Source: an uncultured bacterium (GTDB taxonomy: Bacteria > Zhuqueibacterota > QNDG01 > DTFT01). From it: 64,000 bases of DNA. Location of the stretch: NCBI GenBank assembly GCA_963736115.1, contig CAVTNR010000017.1, positions 53,110 through 117,109 of the forward strand, given 5' to 3'. The notes under the pieces are model-generated. The model searched no databases, had not been told where the DNA came from, and was given only the letters and a program-made list of their open reading frames with translations. Position 1 is the first letter of the stretch, and every line of letters begins with the position of its first letter. A program made the position numbers and the translations under genes. Positions 54,018-64,000 of this stretch are shown here, piece by piece.

Positions 54018-55059
54018 CTTGATTAGCGAGCAATCTCAGCAGTCCGCAGCACGCGCTCGGAGGACGGCGGGGCGAGCGCCAAGGCGGTGAGCAAGCGAGA
54101 CAGGATGATCTTCATGTTGAAGCGGCGGTTGAAGCGGTACTGGAACTCGGCGAGGTAGCGGTGAGCGTACTTGGCGAAGTCAAATGCGTGATACGAGCCG
54201 CTGATGGCGGTCTTGAGATTGCCCAGCAAGGTGTTGATGGCCTTGAACTGCGGCAGCTTCACGCTGGCCTTGCCGCCGCCGGTGACGTGGCGCTCATGCT
54301 CGGCCCCGACGATGGTAGTGGCGCCGAAGCACCACAGCCCGTCGGAGACGACGGTGGCCGAAGGGGCGATGTGGCTGGCCGCAAAGACGGCGACCTCGAG
54401 TTCGGTATGGGGCTGCTGGCGCAGGCACGCCAGGATCGGCTGCCCGCTGGGCGTGGTCTGCACGGCCGCGACGAAGGGCACCTTGTTCTCGGAGCCGCGA
54501 CCGGCCTTGCCACCGGAGAGCTCGCCACCGAGGTAGGCGTCGTCGATCTCAACGCGCCCGCTAAGTTCGCGCCGGTCCTCGCGCACGCGCATCGCCTCCA
54601 TGATCTTGTGCTTCATCAGCCAGGCGCTGCGGTAGCTGACGCCGAGCTGGCGCATGAGCTCGAGCGCCGAGACGTTGTTCTTGGACTGGGTGAGCAACTG
54701 CATGGCCAGGAACCAACGCGACAGCGGCAGTTTGCTGGACTCGAAGATGGTGCCACTGATCAGGCTGCACTGGTGCGCGCAGGCGCCGCACTGCCAGTAG
54801 CGCAGGCCGCCGCGCTCGAAGCTGGTGCGCGCAGCGCCGCCACAAGCCGGGCAAGCAAATCCAGTGGGCCAGCGCGCTGCCTCCAGCGCCGATCGGCACT
54901 TCTCTTCGGTCCCGTATCGCTCGTAGAACTCAGGCATCGACAGCCCTGGTTGAAATTGAACTCGGTTCATCTTCATGGCGCACCTCCGCGGTTAGTGCGA
55001 CCATGTTCGACCCTCACTAGCTCACCAGATGAGCTTGCTGAGGTTTCTCGCTAATCAGG
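54018..55059 (-). mobile_element. IS1595-family insertion sequence, complete
   Basis: 24-bp TIRs CTTGATTAGCGAGCAATCTCAGCA / CCTGATTAGCGAGAAACCTCAGCA. 8-bp TSD TGCCGGGA at 54010-54017 and 55060-55067. Confidence 0.92.
54023..54976 (-). CDS. IS1595-family DDE transposase
   Basis: Zn ribbon CP.CG...C..C, SGTIF, EIDDAYLGG, SDG, YLAEF.YRFNRR. Confidence 0.93.
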   Translation of the reverse strand: MKMNRVQFQPGLSMPEFYERYGTEEKCRSALEAARWPTGFACPACGGAARTSFERGGLRYWQCGACAHQCSLISGTIFESSKLPLSRWFLAMQLLTQSKNNVSALELMRQLGVSYRSAWLMKHKIMEAMRVREDRRELSGRVEIDDAYLGGELSGGKAGRGSENKVPFVAAVQTTPSGQPILACLRQQPHTELEVAVFAASHIAPSATVVSDGLWCFGATTIVGAEHERHVTGGGKASVKLPQFKAINTLLGNLKTAISGSYHAFDFAKYAHRYLAEFQYRFNRRFNMKIILSRLLTALALAPPSSERVLRTAEIAR

Positions 55060-55240
55060 TGCCGGGATGTGCGGCGCAGTTGGTCTTCCCCTTGAGGGCG
55101 GCGGCGCGGCACTGGGCAGCGGCAAGTCAGCGCCCCTTTGTGTACTGCTGCACATCGTCAAGGCGTGCGTCGCGCGGGCGCCCGGGCTCCTCCGGTCCGT
55201 CTGCGGTCACACTCCAGGTCACACTACAAATCAGACCTGT

Positions 55241-56305
55241 ATGGCACCACTTTTCGACGCCCCATTGCGCAAGCTGGTCCGGCTCGTCAAGGATCGGCTG
55301 AAACGGACCGGGATCGCGCAGCACCTGGCCTACGACCAAAAGAACCGGGCCACATTCACCGGGCTCGAATGGCACGAAAAGATGCTTGCCGACTCGGTAC
55401 GGGTGAAGTCCTACCGAAAGGGCATCGGCAGCGCAGTGAAGCCGGGGGACGTGGTGGTCGACCTCGGCACCGGCACGGGCATCCTGGCCATGTTCGCCGC
55501 CGCAGCAGGGGCCGAGCGGGTCTATGCGATCGACCATTCCGATTTCATCCAGGTCGCGGCCGAGATCGCCCGCAGAAACGGCTTCGACAACATCCGTTTC
55601 GTGCAGAAGAACAGCCGGGAATTCGCGTGCCCGGAGCAGGCCGACCTGATCGTCCATGAGCAGATGGGCCACACGATCTTCGGCGAGCACATGATCCGCA
55701 ACCTGCTCGACCTGAAGCGGCGGACCCTGAAGCCCGGCGGCCGCATCCTGCCCGCGCGCTTCGAGCTTCTTGCGGCACCAGTGAGCCTGAAGGCCGAATA
55801 CCGGAGGCCCTTCCTGTGGGACATCGACGACGTCGGCATCGACCTGTCATTCCTTCGCACCTACGAGGGGATCGACAGCTACCGGTCCCCGGAACATCGA
55901 CGCCGATTGCTCAAGGGCTTCGAGGTGGAGTCCTTCCTGGCCCGACCCAAGACATTGATCGCGTTCGACATGAACCGGATCGAAGGCGAAGACGACATAG
56001 CCGTCCGCCACACCGTCACGTGGGAGATCGACACGAACGGCGTGTCGGACGGCATCTGCTTCCATTTCCGGGTGGAGTTCGACGACGGCACGACCTTCGA
56101 CACCTCGCCCTTCAGCCCCCAGACCAACTGGGAGAATCTGCTGCTGCGAACCGCTCTCACACCGCTCGCCGCGGGCAGCAAGTTGACGCGGACCGTCGAG
56201 CTGAGTCCGCTGACGAACTGGGGACTATGGCGGGTTCTGGAGCCGCTCCAACCGGCAAGCAGCGGACCAGCGCGATCTGAGCTCGAACCAGCGAACAACA
56301 GGTGA
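55241..56305 (+). CDS. PRMT-like SAM-dependent methyltransferase
   Basis: HEKMLAD..R...Y, VVDLGTGTGILAMFAA.AGA, DLIVHEQMG..IFGE (double-E loop), TSP.SP.TNW (THW-like loop). Confidence 0.75.
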   Translation: MAPLFDAPLRKLVRLVKDRLKRTGIAQHLAYDQKNRATFTGLEWHEKMLADSVRVKSYRKGIGSAVKPGDVVVDLGTGTGILAMFAAAAGAERVYAIDHSDFIQVAAEIARRNGFDNIRFVQKNSREFACPEQADLIVHEQMGHTIFGEHMIRNLLDLKRRTLKPGGRILPARFELLAAPVSLKAEYRRPFLWDIDDVGIDLSFLRTYEGIDSYRSPEHRRRLLKGFEVESFLARPKTLIAFDMNRIEGEDDIAVRHTVTWEIDTNGVSDGICFHFRVEFDDGTTFDTSPFSPQTNWENLLLRTALTPLAAGSKLTRTVELSPLTNWGLWRVLEPLQPASSGPARSELEPANNR

Positions 56306-56442
56306 TGAGTACTTGCGTCAGCGGGCAAGCTGTGCCCACCGTTCTTTCAAGTGGGGCATGGACCACGCGGCGCCGAGATGAGCATTGTTCACCTCCATGC
56401 GGAGGTTGCTCCATCGTGGAAGCAACTCGGTCTGACTGGACG

Positions 56443-57634
56443 TCAGAATCCCGTTGTGTGAAAGGGTCGCGCAAGCGCGCCGTCTCGTGCACGAGCACTT
56501 CCTCGGCGCAGCGCGTCGGTACTGTGGTGTCGTGCAGGAGGTGGAGTTTGCGGATTCAGCGCGGATCGGGATCCGTTCCGGTTGACTTCCAGGCGTGCTT
56601 CGACCAGCGCAACGACGTCGTCCAAGGCAGCGAGGCGCATGCCATTCTGCGCAGCGATCGACTGCACGAGACGATCCACTCGCTCGATCTGCTGCGCGCC
56701 ACCAAACAGCGCCCGCGCCGCTGACGAAGGGCCGATTAGCGCCAACGCGGCGGTCGCGTACTTTTCAAACGGCACAAAGTCACTCTGCTCGGCGCCGAGC
56801 GATTGACATAGCCTCAGAACCCATTCGTACACCGATCGCGTCGCTTCGAGATCGTCGTGAACGGCTGAGCTGATCGACCGCATTCCGTCGTGAGTAACAC
56901 AGCGATAGTTGCCGGCAATCAGCATAGGCCACTTGCTCAGTGGAACGAACAAGGATTCGTGCACCTTGAGCTTGACCGGCAATTCGAGTTCGCCAGCGTC
57001 CGTGTCGAACCGCGCCGCGTCGATGTCGGCGGCGAGCGCGCGAAGCATGCCCGTGTGCGCATCGGATACGAAACGCGCCGCCTTGAAATTGCTCGGGAGC
57101 CGGACTTGAATCAGATTCTGCGGTCCGTCGGGAACCCGCGAGGCCTGCGGATCAGCGCTGCAGTGCGTCATCAGTGCAGGGTCAAAGACATCCCATACCG
57201 CGGCATCGGTGTAGCACGCACGGCACGCATCGACGGCGATGCCCGGAATCCGCTCAAGGTAGGGGAGCGGCGGCATGTTCATTATCGACAGGCAAGGAAC
57301 CCGGGCCTCAGCCAGTGCGGCGAGGAGCTTGCGCACGTCGGGGGATCGGTATTGGGGCTCCTGCATCGCCAGGACCGCCAGATCAAACTCGGCAGGATCG
57401 ACGAATCCAGGAGCAACGGCCAAGAGCTTGCCAGGCAGTTCGCGGGAATCGACCTCCACGGGCTCATCGCGACCCTTGACTGGAAGGCGCACGCGCATGC
57501 CTTCCGCGGTTGATCAAGTCGGCCTCGGCCGAGAGGCAAACAAGTCGGACGGCGTGACCTGCGAGCAGCAACTTGGTAGCCAAGAGCGAGCCGTAGGAGG
57601 CCCCCAGAATGAGAACTCGGTACATGCGCTGCAT
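56443..57634 (-). pseudogene. Rossmann-fold (ketopantoate-reductase-like) conserved protein, frameshifted near 57508
   Basis: VLILGASYGSLL...EADLIN in one frame joins AEGMRVRLPVKGR in another if one extra C is removed. Confidence 0.6.
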
Positions 57635-58003
57635 AAGCTGAGTCTCCCAACTCGTTCGCCGCAAGAGTACGAGGAATGCGACTCCGAATGCGAAGAATGG
57701 GTCAACTGACTCCCGTAGGACGTGACAAATGTGCCAAAGCCAAACGCGGCGCGGTGAAAGCGTGCCATTCAGCAACAAGCTTGCGAGTGCAGTACTCTGG
57801 TTCATGGCGCTTCCGTTTCCGGTGACGATCCACCGCGCGTTCAGAGCATGAATTGATAGGGCGTCAGCCACGTCCAGCGACCGCCTCCGAGCCGCGAAAT
57901 CGGATTGTCGAAATCCTGCAGTGGGTCGAGTCCTGATGGCTACGGCATGCGATCGCGATCGCTCAAGCGGTCAGTGCGATTGCGGCTGCGGCGGGCGTGC
58001 GGG

Positions 58004-58321
58004 TCAGTGGTAGTCCTCTTCGAGCTGGTGGCGTACCGCCGAGACGACTACGTCGCTGGTACCGGCAATCTCGAAGAGTGCGACATAACCCGAGCGACCA
58101 AACGGAATGATCAGTTCGCGCAGAAAGGGGCTCCGGCCGGCTTTGCGGCACGTGAAGGGCGAGGTCTTCAAAGTAGCAACACCCGCGCGAATGGCGCCAA
58201 GTGCTTGTTCGGCCAATTCGAGGTCCCCGCTGGTTCGGCCAAGTTCCCGCTCGAGGACGAAGTCGAACAACCGCTCCAAGTCAGCCTCAGCTTCGCGGGT
58301 CAGGCGGACCCGAAAGTTCAC
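58004..58321 (-). CDS. RelE/ParE-family toxin
   Basis: VRLT.EA..DLERL.DF, RELIIPFG.SGYVAL, AVRHQ.E.DY. 4-nt overlap with the antitoxin. Confidence 0.85.
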   Translation of the reverse strand: MNFRVRLTREAEADLERLFDFVLERELGRTSGDLELAEQALGAIRAGVATLKTSPFTCRKAGRSPFLRELIIPFGRSGYVALFEIAGTSDVVVSAVRHQLEEDYH

Positions 58322-58599
58322 CGCGGGTTCGCCGTCTTGCGCTTGCGCACAGCGTCCAATCTTCGCTGGAGCTTCTGCACGACCGCATCGGCGTCAACGT
58401 AGTCGCCCGTACGGCGAGCATCGTCGAGTGATCGCAAGCCCCGCGCGATGAACTCCGCTTGGTTGCGTCTGCGTAGCACGGTCGCGCGGACCGAAGCTTC
58501 CACGAACTCGGACAGCGTTTCACCTTCGCTGAGCAGCGACTCGACTTCCGCACGCAACTCTGGCTCGACGCGGACAGATGGGATGGTGGCAGTCTTCAT
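58318..58599 (-). CDS. Ribbon-helix-helix antitoxin (YlcI/YnfO-like)
   Basis: MKTATIPSVRVEPELR...ETLSEFVE.SVR, immediately upstream of the toxin. Confidence 0.8.
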   Translation of the reverse strand: MKTATIPSVRVEPELRAEVESLLSEGETLSEFVEASVRATVLRRRNQAEFIARGLRSLDDARRTGDYVDADAVVQKLQRRLDAVRKRKTANPR

Positions 58600-58875
58600 G
58601 GCGGCAAATGTAGCGCATTTGCATTGCAGCATGTGCGGCACGCGCTTCGTTTGCGCAGCGTCAGCCGAGGCGGCGACACGCCAATCGCGCGATCGCAACA
58701 CATTGGCACTGGTCGTAGGTGCAACGCTGGCCATACCGAAAGGCCCCTCAAGATTCGACCATTGCCAGCCCGGCGCAGCGGACTTGCCGCGGCACATACG
58801 GCAACCAGTTGCTTTCCGTACGGCAAACAGGCATCATCAAGACTAGCCTAGACGCATGGGCGAACGGAGCCCAGC

Positions 58876-59481
58876 ATGCCCAAGCCCATCCGAGTCGCTC
58901 TCTATGCCCGCGTGTCGACCGACAAGCAGTCCACAGAGAACCAGTTGCGAGAACTCAGGCAGGTCGCGGACCGTCAGGGCTGGCAGGTGGTCCAAGAGTT
59001 CGTCGATCACGGCATCAGTGGTGCCAAGGGTCCGAAGGACAGGCCCAAGCTGGCCTCGATGTTGCGCGGGGTGGCCCGAAAGGACTTTGATCTGGTTGCC
59101 GCCTGGTCTGTGGACCGCCTCGGGCGTTCCCTCATTGATCTCGTAGGGCTGCTCCAGGAGTTGCACGCGACCGGCGTGGACCTCTACCTGCACCTGCAGG
59201 GAATGAATACCCGGACTCCCGCCGGCAAGGCCCTCTTCGGCATGCTCGGCGTGTTCGCTGAATTCGAGCGGTCGATGATCCAGGAGCGGGTGAAGGCCGG
59301 CATGGCGAAAGCCAAGGAAAAGGGCACCAAGAGCGGGAACCCCATCGGCCGGCCCACAGTTTCCAGTGAGATCGAGGACCGCATCAGAGCGCTGCGAGCG
59401 GATGGCCTGGGCATGCTCAAGATCGCCAAGGCGGCGAGCTGTGGCGTATCGGTCGTGCAGCGCGTCCTGCGGGCCACCTGA
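58876..59481 (+). CDS. Serine recombinase (resolvase/invertase family)
   Basis: YARVST..Q...NQ, DRP.L, DRLGRS, AEFER..I.ERV.AG, GRP, C-terminal HTH. Confidence 0.92.
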   Translation: MPKPIRVALYARVSTDKQSTENQLRELRQVADRQGWQVVQEFVDHGISGAKGPKDRPKLASMLRGVARKDFDLVAAWSVDRLGRSLIDLVGLLQELHATGVDLYLHLQGMNTRTPAGKALFGMLGVFAEFERSMIQERVKAGMAKAKEKGTKSGNPIGRPTVSSEIEDRIRALRADGLGMLKIAKAASCGVSVVQRVLRAT

Positions 59482-59629
59482 CGACGCGCACGATGCAGCG
59501 AGACGGACCGAATTCGATCGGTCGATCGCGTGCCGATAGATGGCTCCGCATTGTCGGGGTCCGCCGCGCGCTTGAACCGGGCTGAACCTGTTCCGGCCTT
59601 GCAGACATCGAATCCGGCGCCGAAACTAC

Positions 59630-59711
59630 TGGCGGACAGACTGGTGGACAGACGATGAACCGCCTGCAAATCCAATATCCATGCGGCACTTGACAGACTC
59701 CGACTCCGCCA
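59630..59711 (+). other. Possible att junction of a tRNA-targeting integrative element
   Basis: Tandem 12-mers TGGCGGACAGAC/TGGTGGACAGAC, then ...GACTCCGACTCCGCCA, which resembles a tRNA 3' end. Confidence 0.4.
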
Positions 59712-59811
59712 GGAGACCGTATCGGGAAGAGCGTCAGGCCCGCGCCAGGCCGCGCGCGGATCGACCCGGGGCTCAGCCGCGAAGCCGAGGGGCCGCCCAT
59801 GCCGCGTCAAA

Positions 59812-61500
59812 TTAGAACAATCCGACGATGCGCCCGCTGTCGTCGATATCGATGCGTGTGGCGGCCGGGTCCTTCGGCAGGCCCGGCATCGTCATGATGT
59901 CGCCGCAGATCATCACGATGAACTCGGCGCCGGCCGCCAGTCTGATCTCACGGATGTTGACCACGTGGTTCGATGGCGCGCCGCGCAGTTGCGGGTCGGT
60001 GGAAAACGAATATTGGGTCTTGGCCACACACACCGGCAGGCGGCCGTAGCCTTCGTCCTGCAGCTTTCGGATCTGGGCGCGCACCTTGGTGTCGGCGGTG
60101 ATGTCGGCGGCGCCATAGATCCGCGTGGCGACCGTCTTCATCTTCTGCCAGAGGGGTTCGTCGTCCCCGTACAGGAAGCGGCAGTCGGCGGCACCGCTTT
60201 CGGCCAGGCGCACGACTTCGCGCGCCAGTTCCTCCGCACCGGCGCCGCCTTCGGCCCAGTGGCGCGCCACGATCACTGCGGTGCCGTGGTGCGCCATCTT
60301 CTGCTGCAGCAGCTTGATCTCCGCCTCGGTGTCGTGCGTGAAGTGATTGAGCGCGATCACGCACGGCAGGCCGAAATGGTTGCGCATGTTGTTCAGATGG
60401 CGCTCGAGATTGACGATTCCCCGCTCTAGCGCCGGCAGGTCTTGCGCTTCGAGCGCTCTTGCGTCCACGCCGCCGTGGTACTTCAGCGCGCGGATGGTGG
60501 CGACGATCACCGCCGCGTCGGGCCGCAGGCCGGACTTGCGGCACTTGATGTCGATGAACTTCTCCGCGCCGAGGTCGGCGCCGAAGCCGGCCTCGGTCAC
60601 CACGTACTCGCCGAGCTTGAGCGCCGCGCGGGTCGCGATCACCGAATTGCAACCGTGCGCGATGTTGCCGAACGGCCCGCCGTGGATGATGGCCGGGTTG
60701 TTCTCGAGCGTCTGCACGAGATTGGGCTTCAGCGCGTCCTTCAGAAGCGCCGCCATCGCACCATGGGCGCGCAGATCGCGCGCGTGGATCGGCTGATGAT
60801 CGCGCCGGTAACCGACGACGATGCGGCCGAGCCGTTCCTTCAGATCCGCGAGCGAGGTGGCGAGGCAGAAGATCGCCATCACCTCGGAGGCGACCACGAT
60901 GTCGAATCCGTCCTCGCGCGGAAACCCGTTGGCCGGTCCGCCGAGGCCGATATTGATGGCGCGCAGTGCGCGATCGTTCATGTCGACCACGCGGCGCCAG
61001 ACGACGCGGCGGAAGTCAAACCGCAGTTCGTTGTTGTGGTGAATGTGGTTGTCGATCAGCGCCGCCAGGAGGTTGTTTGCCAGTCCGATTGCGCTGAAGT
61101 CGCCCGTGAAATGCAGGTTGATGTCTTCCATCGGCACCACCTGGGCGAAACCGCCGCCCGCGGCACCGCCCTTCATGCCGAACACCGGGCCGAGCGACGG
61201 CTCGCGCAGGGCGATCACCGCGCGCTTGCCGATGCGGCACAGCGCGTCGCCCAGGCCGACCGTGGTCGTCGTCTTGCCTTCGCCGGGTGGTGTGGGGCTG
61301 ATGGCGGTCACCAGGATCAGCTTGCCGTCCGGCCGCCCGTCGAGCGAGGCCAGATAGTCGAGTGAGATCTTGGCCTTGTAGCGGCCATACGGGTCGATCG
61401 CGTCTTCGGGAATGTCCAGCCGGCGCTGTGCGAGTTGAACGATCGGCTGCAGCGTGGCGGCCTGTGCGATCTCGATATCGGTTGTCATCGTCTGCGTCAT
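59812..61500 (-). CDS. fhs: Formate--tetrahydrofolate ligase
   Basis: [81 protein letters not shown]. Confidence 0.96.
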   Translation of the reverse strand: MTQTMTTDIEIAQAATLQPIVQLAQRRLDIPEDAIDPYGRYKAKISLDYLASLDGRPDGKLILVTAISPTPPGEGKTTTTVGLGDALCRIGKRAVIALREPSLGPVFGMKGGAAGGGFAQVVPMEDINLHFTGDFSAIGLANNLLAALIDNHIHHNNELRFDFRRVVWRRVVDMNDRALRAINIGLGGPANGFPREDGFDIVVASEVMAIFCLATSLADLKERLGRIVVGYRRDHQPIHARDLRAHGAMAALLKDALKPNLVQTLENNPAIIHGGPFGNIAHGCNSVIATRAALKLGEYVVTEAGFGADLGAEKFIDIKCRKSGLRPDAAVIVATIRALKYHGGVDARALEAQDLPALERGIVNLERHLNNMRNHFGLPCVIALNHFTHDTEAEIKLLQQKMAHHGTAVIVARHWAEGGAGAEELAREVVRLAESGAADCRFLYGDDEPLWQKMKTVATRIYGAADITADTKVRAQIRKLQDEGYGRLPVCVAKTQYSFSTDPQLRGAPSNHVVNIREIRLAAGAEFIVMICGDIMTMPGLPKDPAATRIDIDDSGRIVGLF

Positions 61501-61601
61501 CTTCTTGTTGCGGCCACTTCGGGGGTGGGCCAGACGCGGCGGGCCGATCCAGCGACGCGCAACGATACACCGGCTTAGCGGTCGACTGCGAAGCCTCGTG
61601 G

Positions 61602-63650
61602 TCAGACCTCGGCCGCCAGGCGGCAGGCCTGGGCGATCGCGCGCTTGGCGTCGAGCTCGGCCGCCTCGTAGGCGCCACCGACCAGGTGCGCGGGCACACC
61701 CACGGTTTGCAGTTCGTCGTACAGCGCTCGCAACGGAGTCTGCCCGGCGCAGACGATCACGGTATCGACTTCGAACAGCCGGGGCTCACCGTTGACCCGG
61801 GTGTGCAGCCCGGCGCCGTCGATCTTTAGGTACTCGACGCCGCTGACCATCTGCACGCCGCGGCGGGCCAGCGTGAGGCGGTGGGCCCAGCCGGTGGTGC
61901 GGCCCAGCGTCTTGCCCAGCGCATCGGCCTTGCGCTGCATCAGCCAGACGCTGCGGTCGGCCTTGGCGACCTGCGGCACCACACCGGTCACGCCACCGCG
62001 CGGATGGTGCTTGAAATCGATTCCCCATTCACGCGCGAACACCTCGACATCGAGCGCGCCCGACGTACCTGCGTGCGAAACCAGCTCGGCGACGTCGAAG
62101 CCGATGCCGCCGGCGCCCATGATCGCGACCCGCCGTCCGATGGGCTTGCGGCCCAGGATCGCGTCGATGTACGACACGACCTTGGAGTGGTCGATGCCGG
62201 GCAAGGCCGGACGGCGCGGCTCGATGCCGGTAGCCACCACCACCTCGTCGAAGCCTTCTCGCTGCAGCAGCGCGGCGTCGACCCGGCTGTTCGGTCGCCA
62301 CTCGATGCCATGCACCTCCATCATGCGGTGGTAGTAGCGCAAGGTCTCGTGGAACTCTTCCTTGCCGGGGATGCGCTTGGCCAGGTTGAACTGGCCGCCG
62401 ATCTCCGCGCCCGCGTCGAACAGCGTGACGCGATGGCCGCGCTGCGCCGCCACCGTGGCGAAGGCCAGCCCGGCCGGCCCGGCGCCGACCACCGCGAGGC
62501 GCTTGCGGATCTGGTCCCGGGCCACGGGCCGGTAGTTCAGCAGCGTCTCGTTGCAGGCGCGCGGGTTGACCAGGCAACTCACCTGCTGGTTGCCGCTGAA
62601 GGTGTGGTCCAGGCAGGCCTGGTTGCAGGCGATGCAGGTGTTGATCTCGTCCTCCCGGCCTTGCGCGGCCTTGAGCACCAGATCGGGATCGGCCAGCATC
62701 GGCCGCGCCATCGACACCAGATCGGCGTCTCCACGCGCCAGCACCACCTCGGCCACCGCCGGCATGTTGATGCGGTTGCTGGTGATCACCGGAATGCTCA
62801 GAACCTTGCGCAGCCGGCCGGTCACCTGGGTGAAGGCCGCGCGCGGCACCATCGTCGCGATGGTCGGCACCGGCGCCTCGTGCCAGCAGAAATGGGTACT
62901 GATGATGTTGGCTCCGGCAGCCTCGATCGCCTGGCCGAGCGAGACGATCTCGTTCCAGGCCAGCCCGCCTTCGAGCATGTCCATTGCGGCGACGCGGAAG
63001 ATCACGATGAAGCGCTCGCCCACCGCGGCACGCACGCGGCGCACCACTTCCACCGGGAAGCGCATTCGGTTCTCCCACGAGCCGCCCCATCCGTCGGTGC
63101 GCAGGTTGGTCTTGCTGACCAGGAAGGTGCTGATCAGGGTAGCCGGCCGAGCCGATGATCTCGACGCCGTCGTAGCCGGCAGCCTGCGCCATCGCGGCGC
63201 AGTTCGCGAAGTCGGCGATCTGCTTTTCGATGCCGGCTTCATCCAGTTCGTGGGGGGTGAATCGGCCGATGCGCGACTTGATGGGCGACGGCGCCACGCA
63301 CTCGGCGGTGCCCGCCAGCGAGCCGGTGTGCAGGATCTGCAGGCCGATCTTCACCTCGGGGTCGACGGCATGAACGGCGGCAGTGATGAGCCGGTGCTGC
63401 TCCGCCTCGGCCGGGGTCGACAGCTTGCTGCCGAAGCCGCCGTCGGGGTTCGGTGAAATGCCGCCGGTGATGATCATCCCCACGCCGCCGCGCGCGCGTT
63501 CGGCGAAGTACTCCGCCATGCGGTCACGGCGTCCTCGACATCCTCCAGCCCGGTGTGCATCGACGCCCGTCAGGATGCGGTTCTTCAGCCGCGTCGAGGC
63601 CGAGGTCGAGCAGGAGAGAAGACATGGGGATAGCGGGTGGTGCAGGTCAT
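61602..63650 (-). CDS. fadH: 2,4-dienoyl-CoA reductase (NADPH), with apparent frameshifts
   Basis: RYPHVFSP...[57 protein letters not shown]. Indels at about 63138 and 63520-63615. Confidence 0.85.
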
Positions 63651-63815
63651 CGTGCGTCCTGGTGTGTCAGTCTGCCTGCATCGTAAGGGCCCCTGCAGGC
63701 TCACGCCGCCAACACTCCCGTTCGTCCCGTCGGTTTACGCTCCGCGATCAGGAGGGGACCAAGGCAGGTTCCCGGTGCAATGAAGAGGATGGAGCGAGTC
63801 CGGGTCGGCCGAGCC

Positions 63816-64000
63816 CTAACTCCAGCGCAGATCGACCCGGCTGAGCGGCAACTGGCGAACACGCCTGCCGGTGGCCGCGTAGATCGCATTGCAGACCGCG
63901 GGCGCGAGCGGCGGGAACGCCGGCTCGCCGAGGCCGGTCACCGGATGGTCGGTCTTCAGGAAATGGACCTCGACCTTCGCCGGCGCGCCGAACATCTCGA
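63816..64000 (-). CDS. C-terminal end of a second IorB-like molybdopterin-binding subunit
   Basis: Translates to ..[53 protein letters not shown]-stop. Confidence 0.85.
   Translation of the reverse strand, partial: EMFGAPAKVEVHFLKTDHPVTGLGEPAFPPLAPAVCNAIYAATGRRVRQLPLSRVDLRWS

Noticed and set aside
59690-59711. Intact tRNA gene
   Set aside because: Only a 3'-end-like fragment is present; no cloverleaf or T-loop. No tRNA or rRNA genes were recognised in the window.
47766-64000. Two convergent iorB-like genes as ends of an inversion or repeat
   Set aside because: They are diverged paralogs with clearly different DNA and C-terminal sequences; multiple copies are ordinary for this family.

Overview
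The window appears to join two unrelated genomic segments at about 47,766-47,772, where two genes are cut back-to-back. Left part (1-~47.77 kb) looks FCB-group-like (PorV, T9SS/FlgD-type C-terminal domains; KSB1/Ignavibacteria-like by gene content, an inference). It carries: a minus-strand DUF11/Ig surface-protein operon; a PorV / M6-like / TolB-BamA-like / 2x DUF5683-like operon; a RAYT transposase with REPs; fabF; a sigma54 response regulator paired with an FG-GAP/ASPIC-UnbV sensor kinase; lipid, SOR, radical SAM and rhamnose genes; and several REP/MITE-like families. Right part (~47.77-64 kb) looks betaproteobacterial. It carries iorB-like genes, tandem-duplicated GNAT pairs, an IS1595 element with 8-bp TSD, a PRMT-like methyltransferase, a RelE/ParE TA pair, a resolvase, a probable att site, fhs and a frameshifted fadH. 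Best candidate for an undescribed system: the DUF11 operon, whose proteins show a tip/shaft/base pattern of N-terminal donor strands (Asn) and C-terminally incomplete acceptor domains (Lys). This suggests a donor-strand-complemented, isopeptide-crosslinked pilus. A 16-aa HGPP-ending leader peptide sits before the putative major subunit. All family assignments are from motif recognition by eye; no searches were run.
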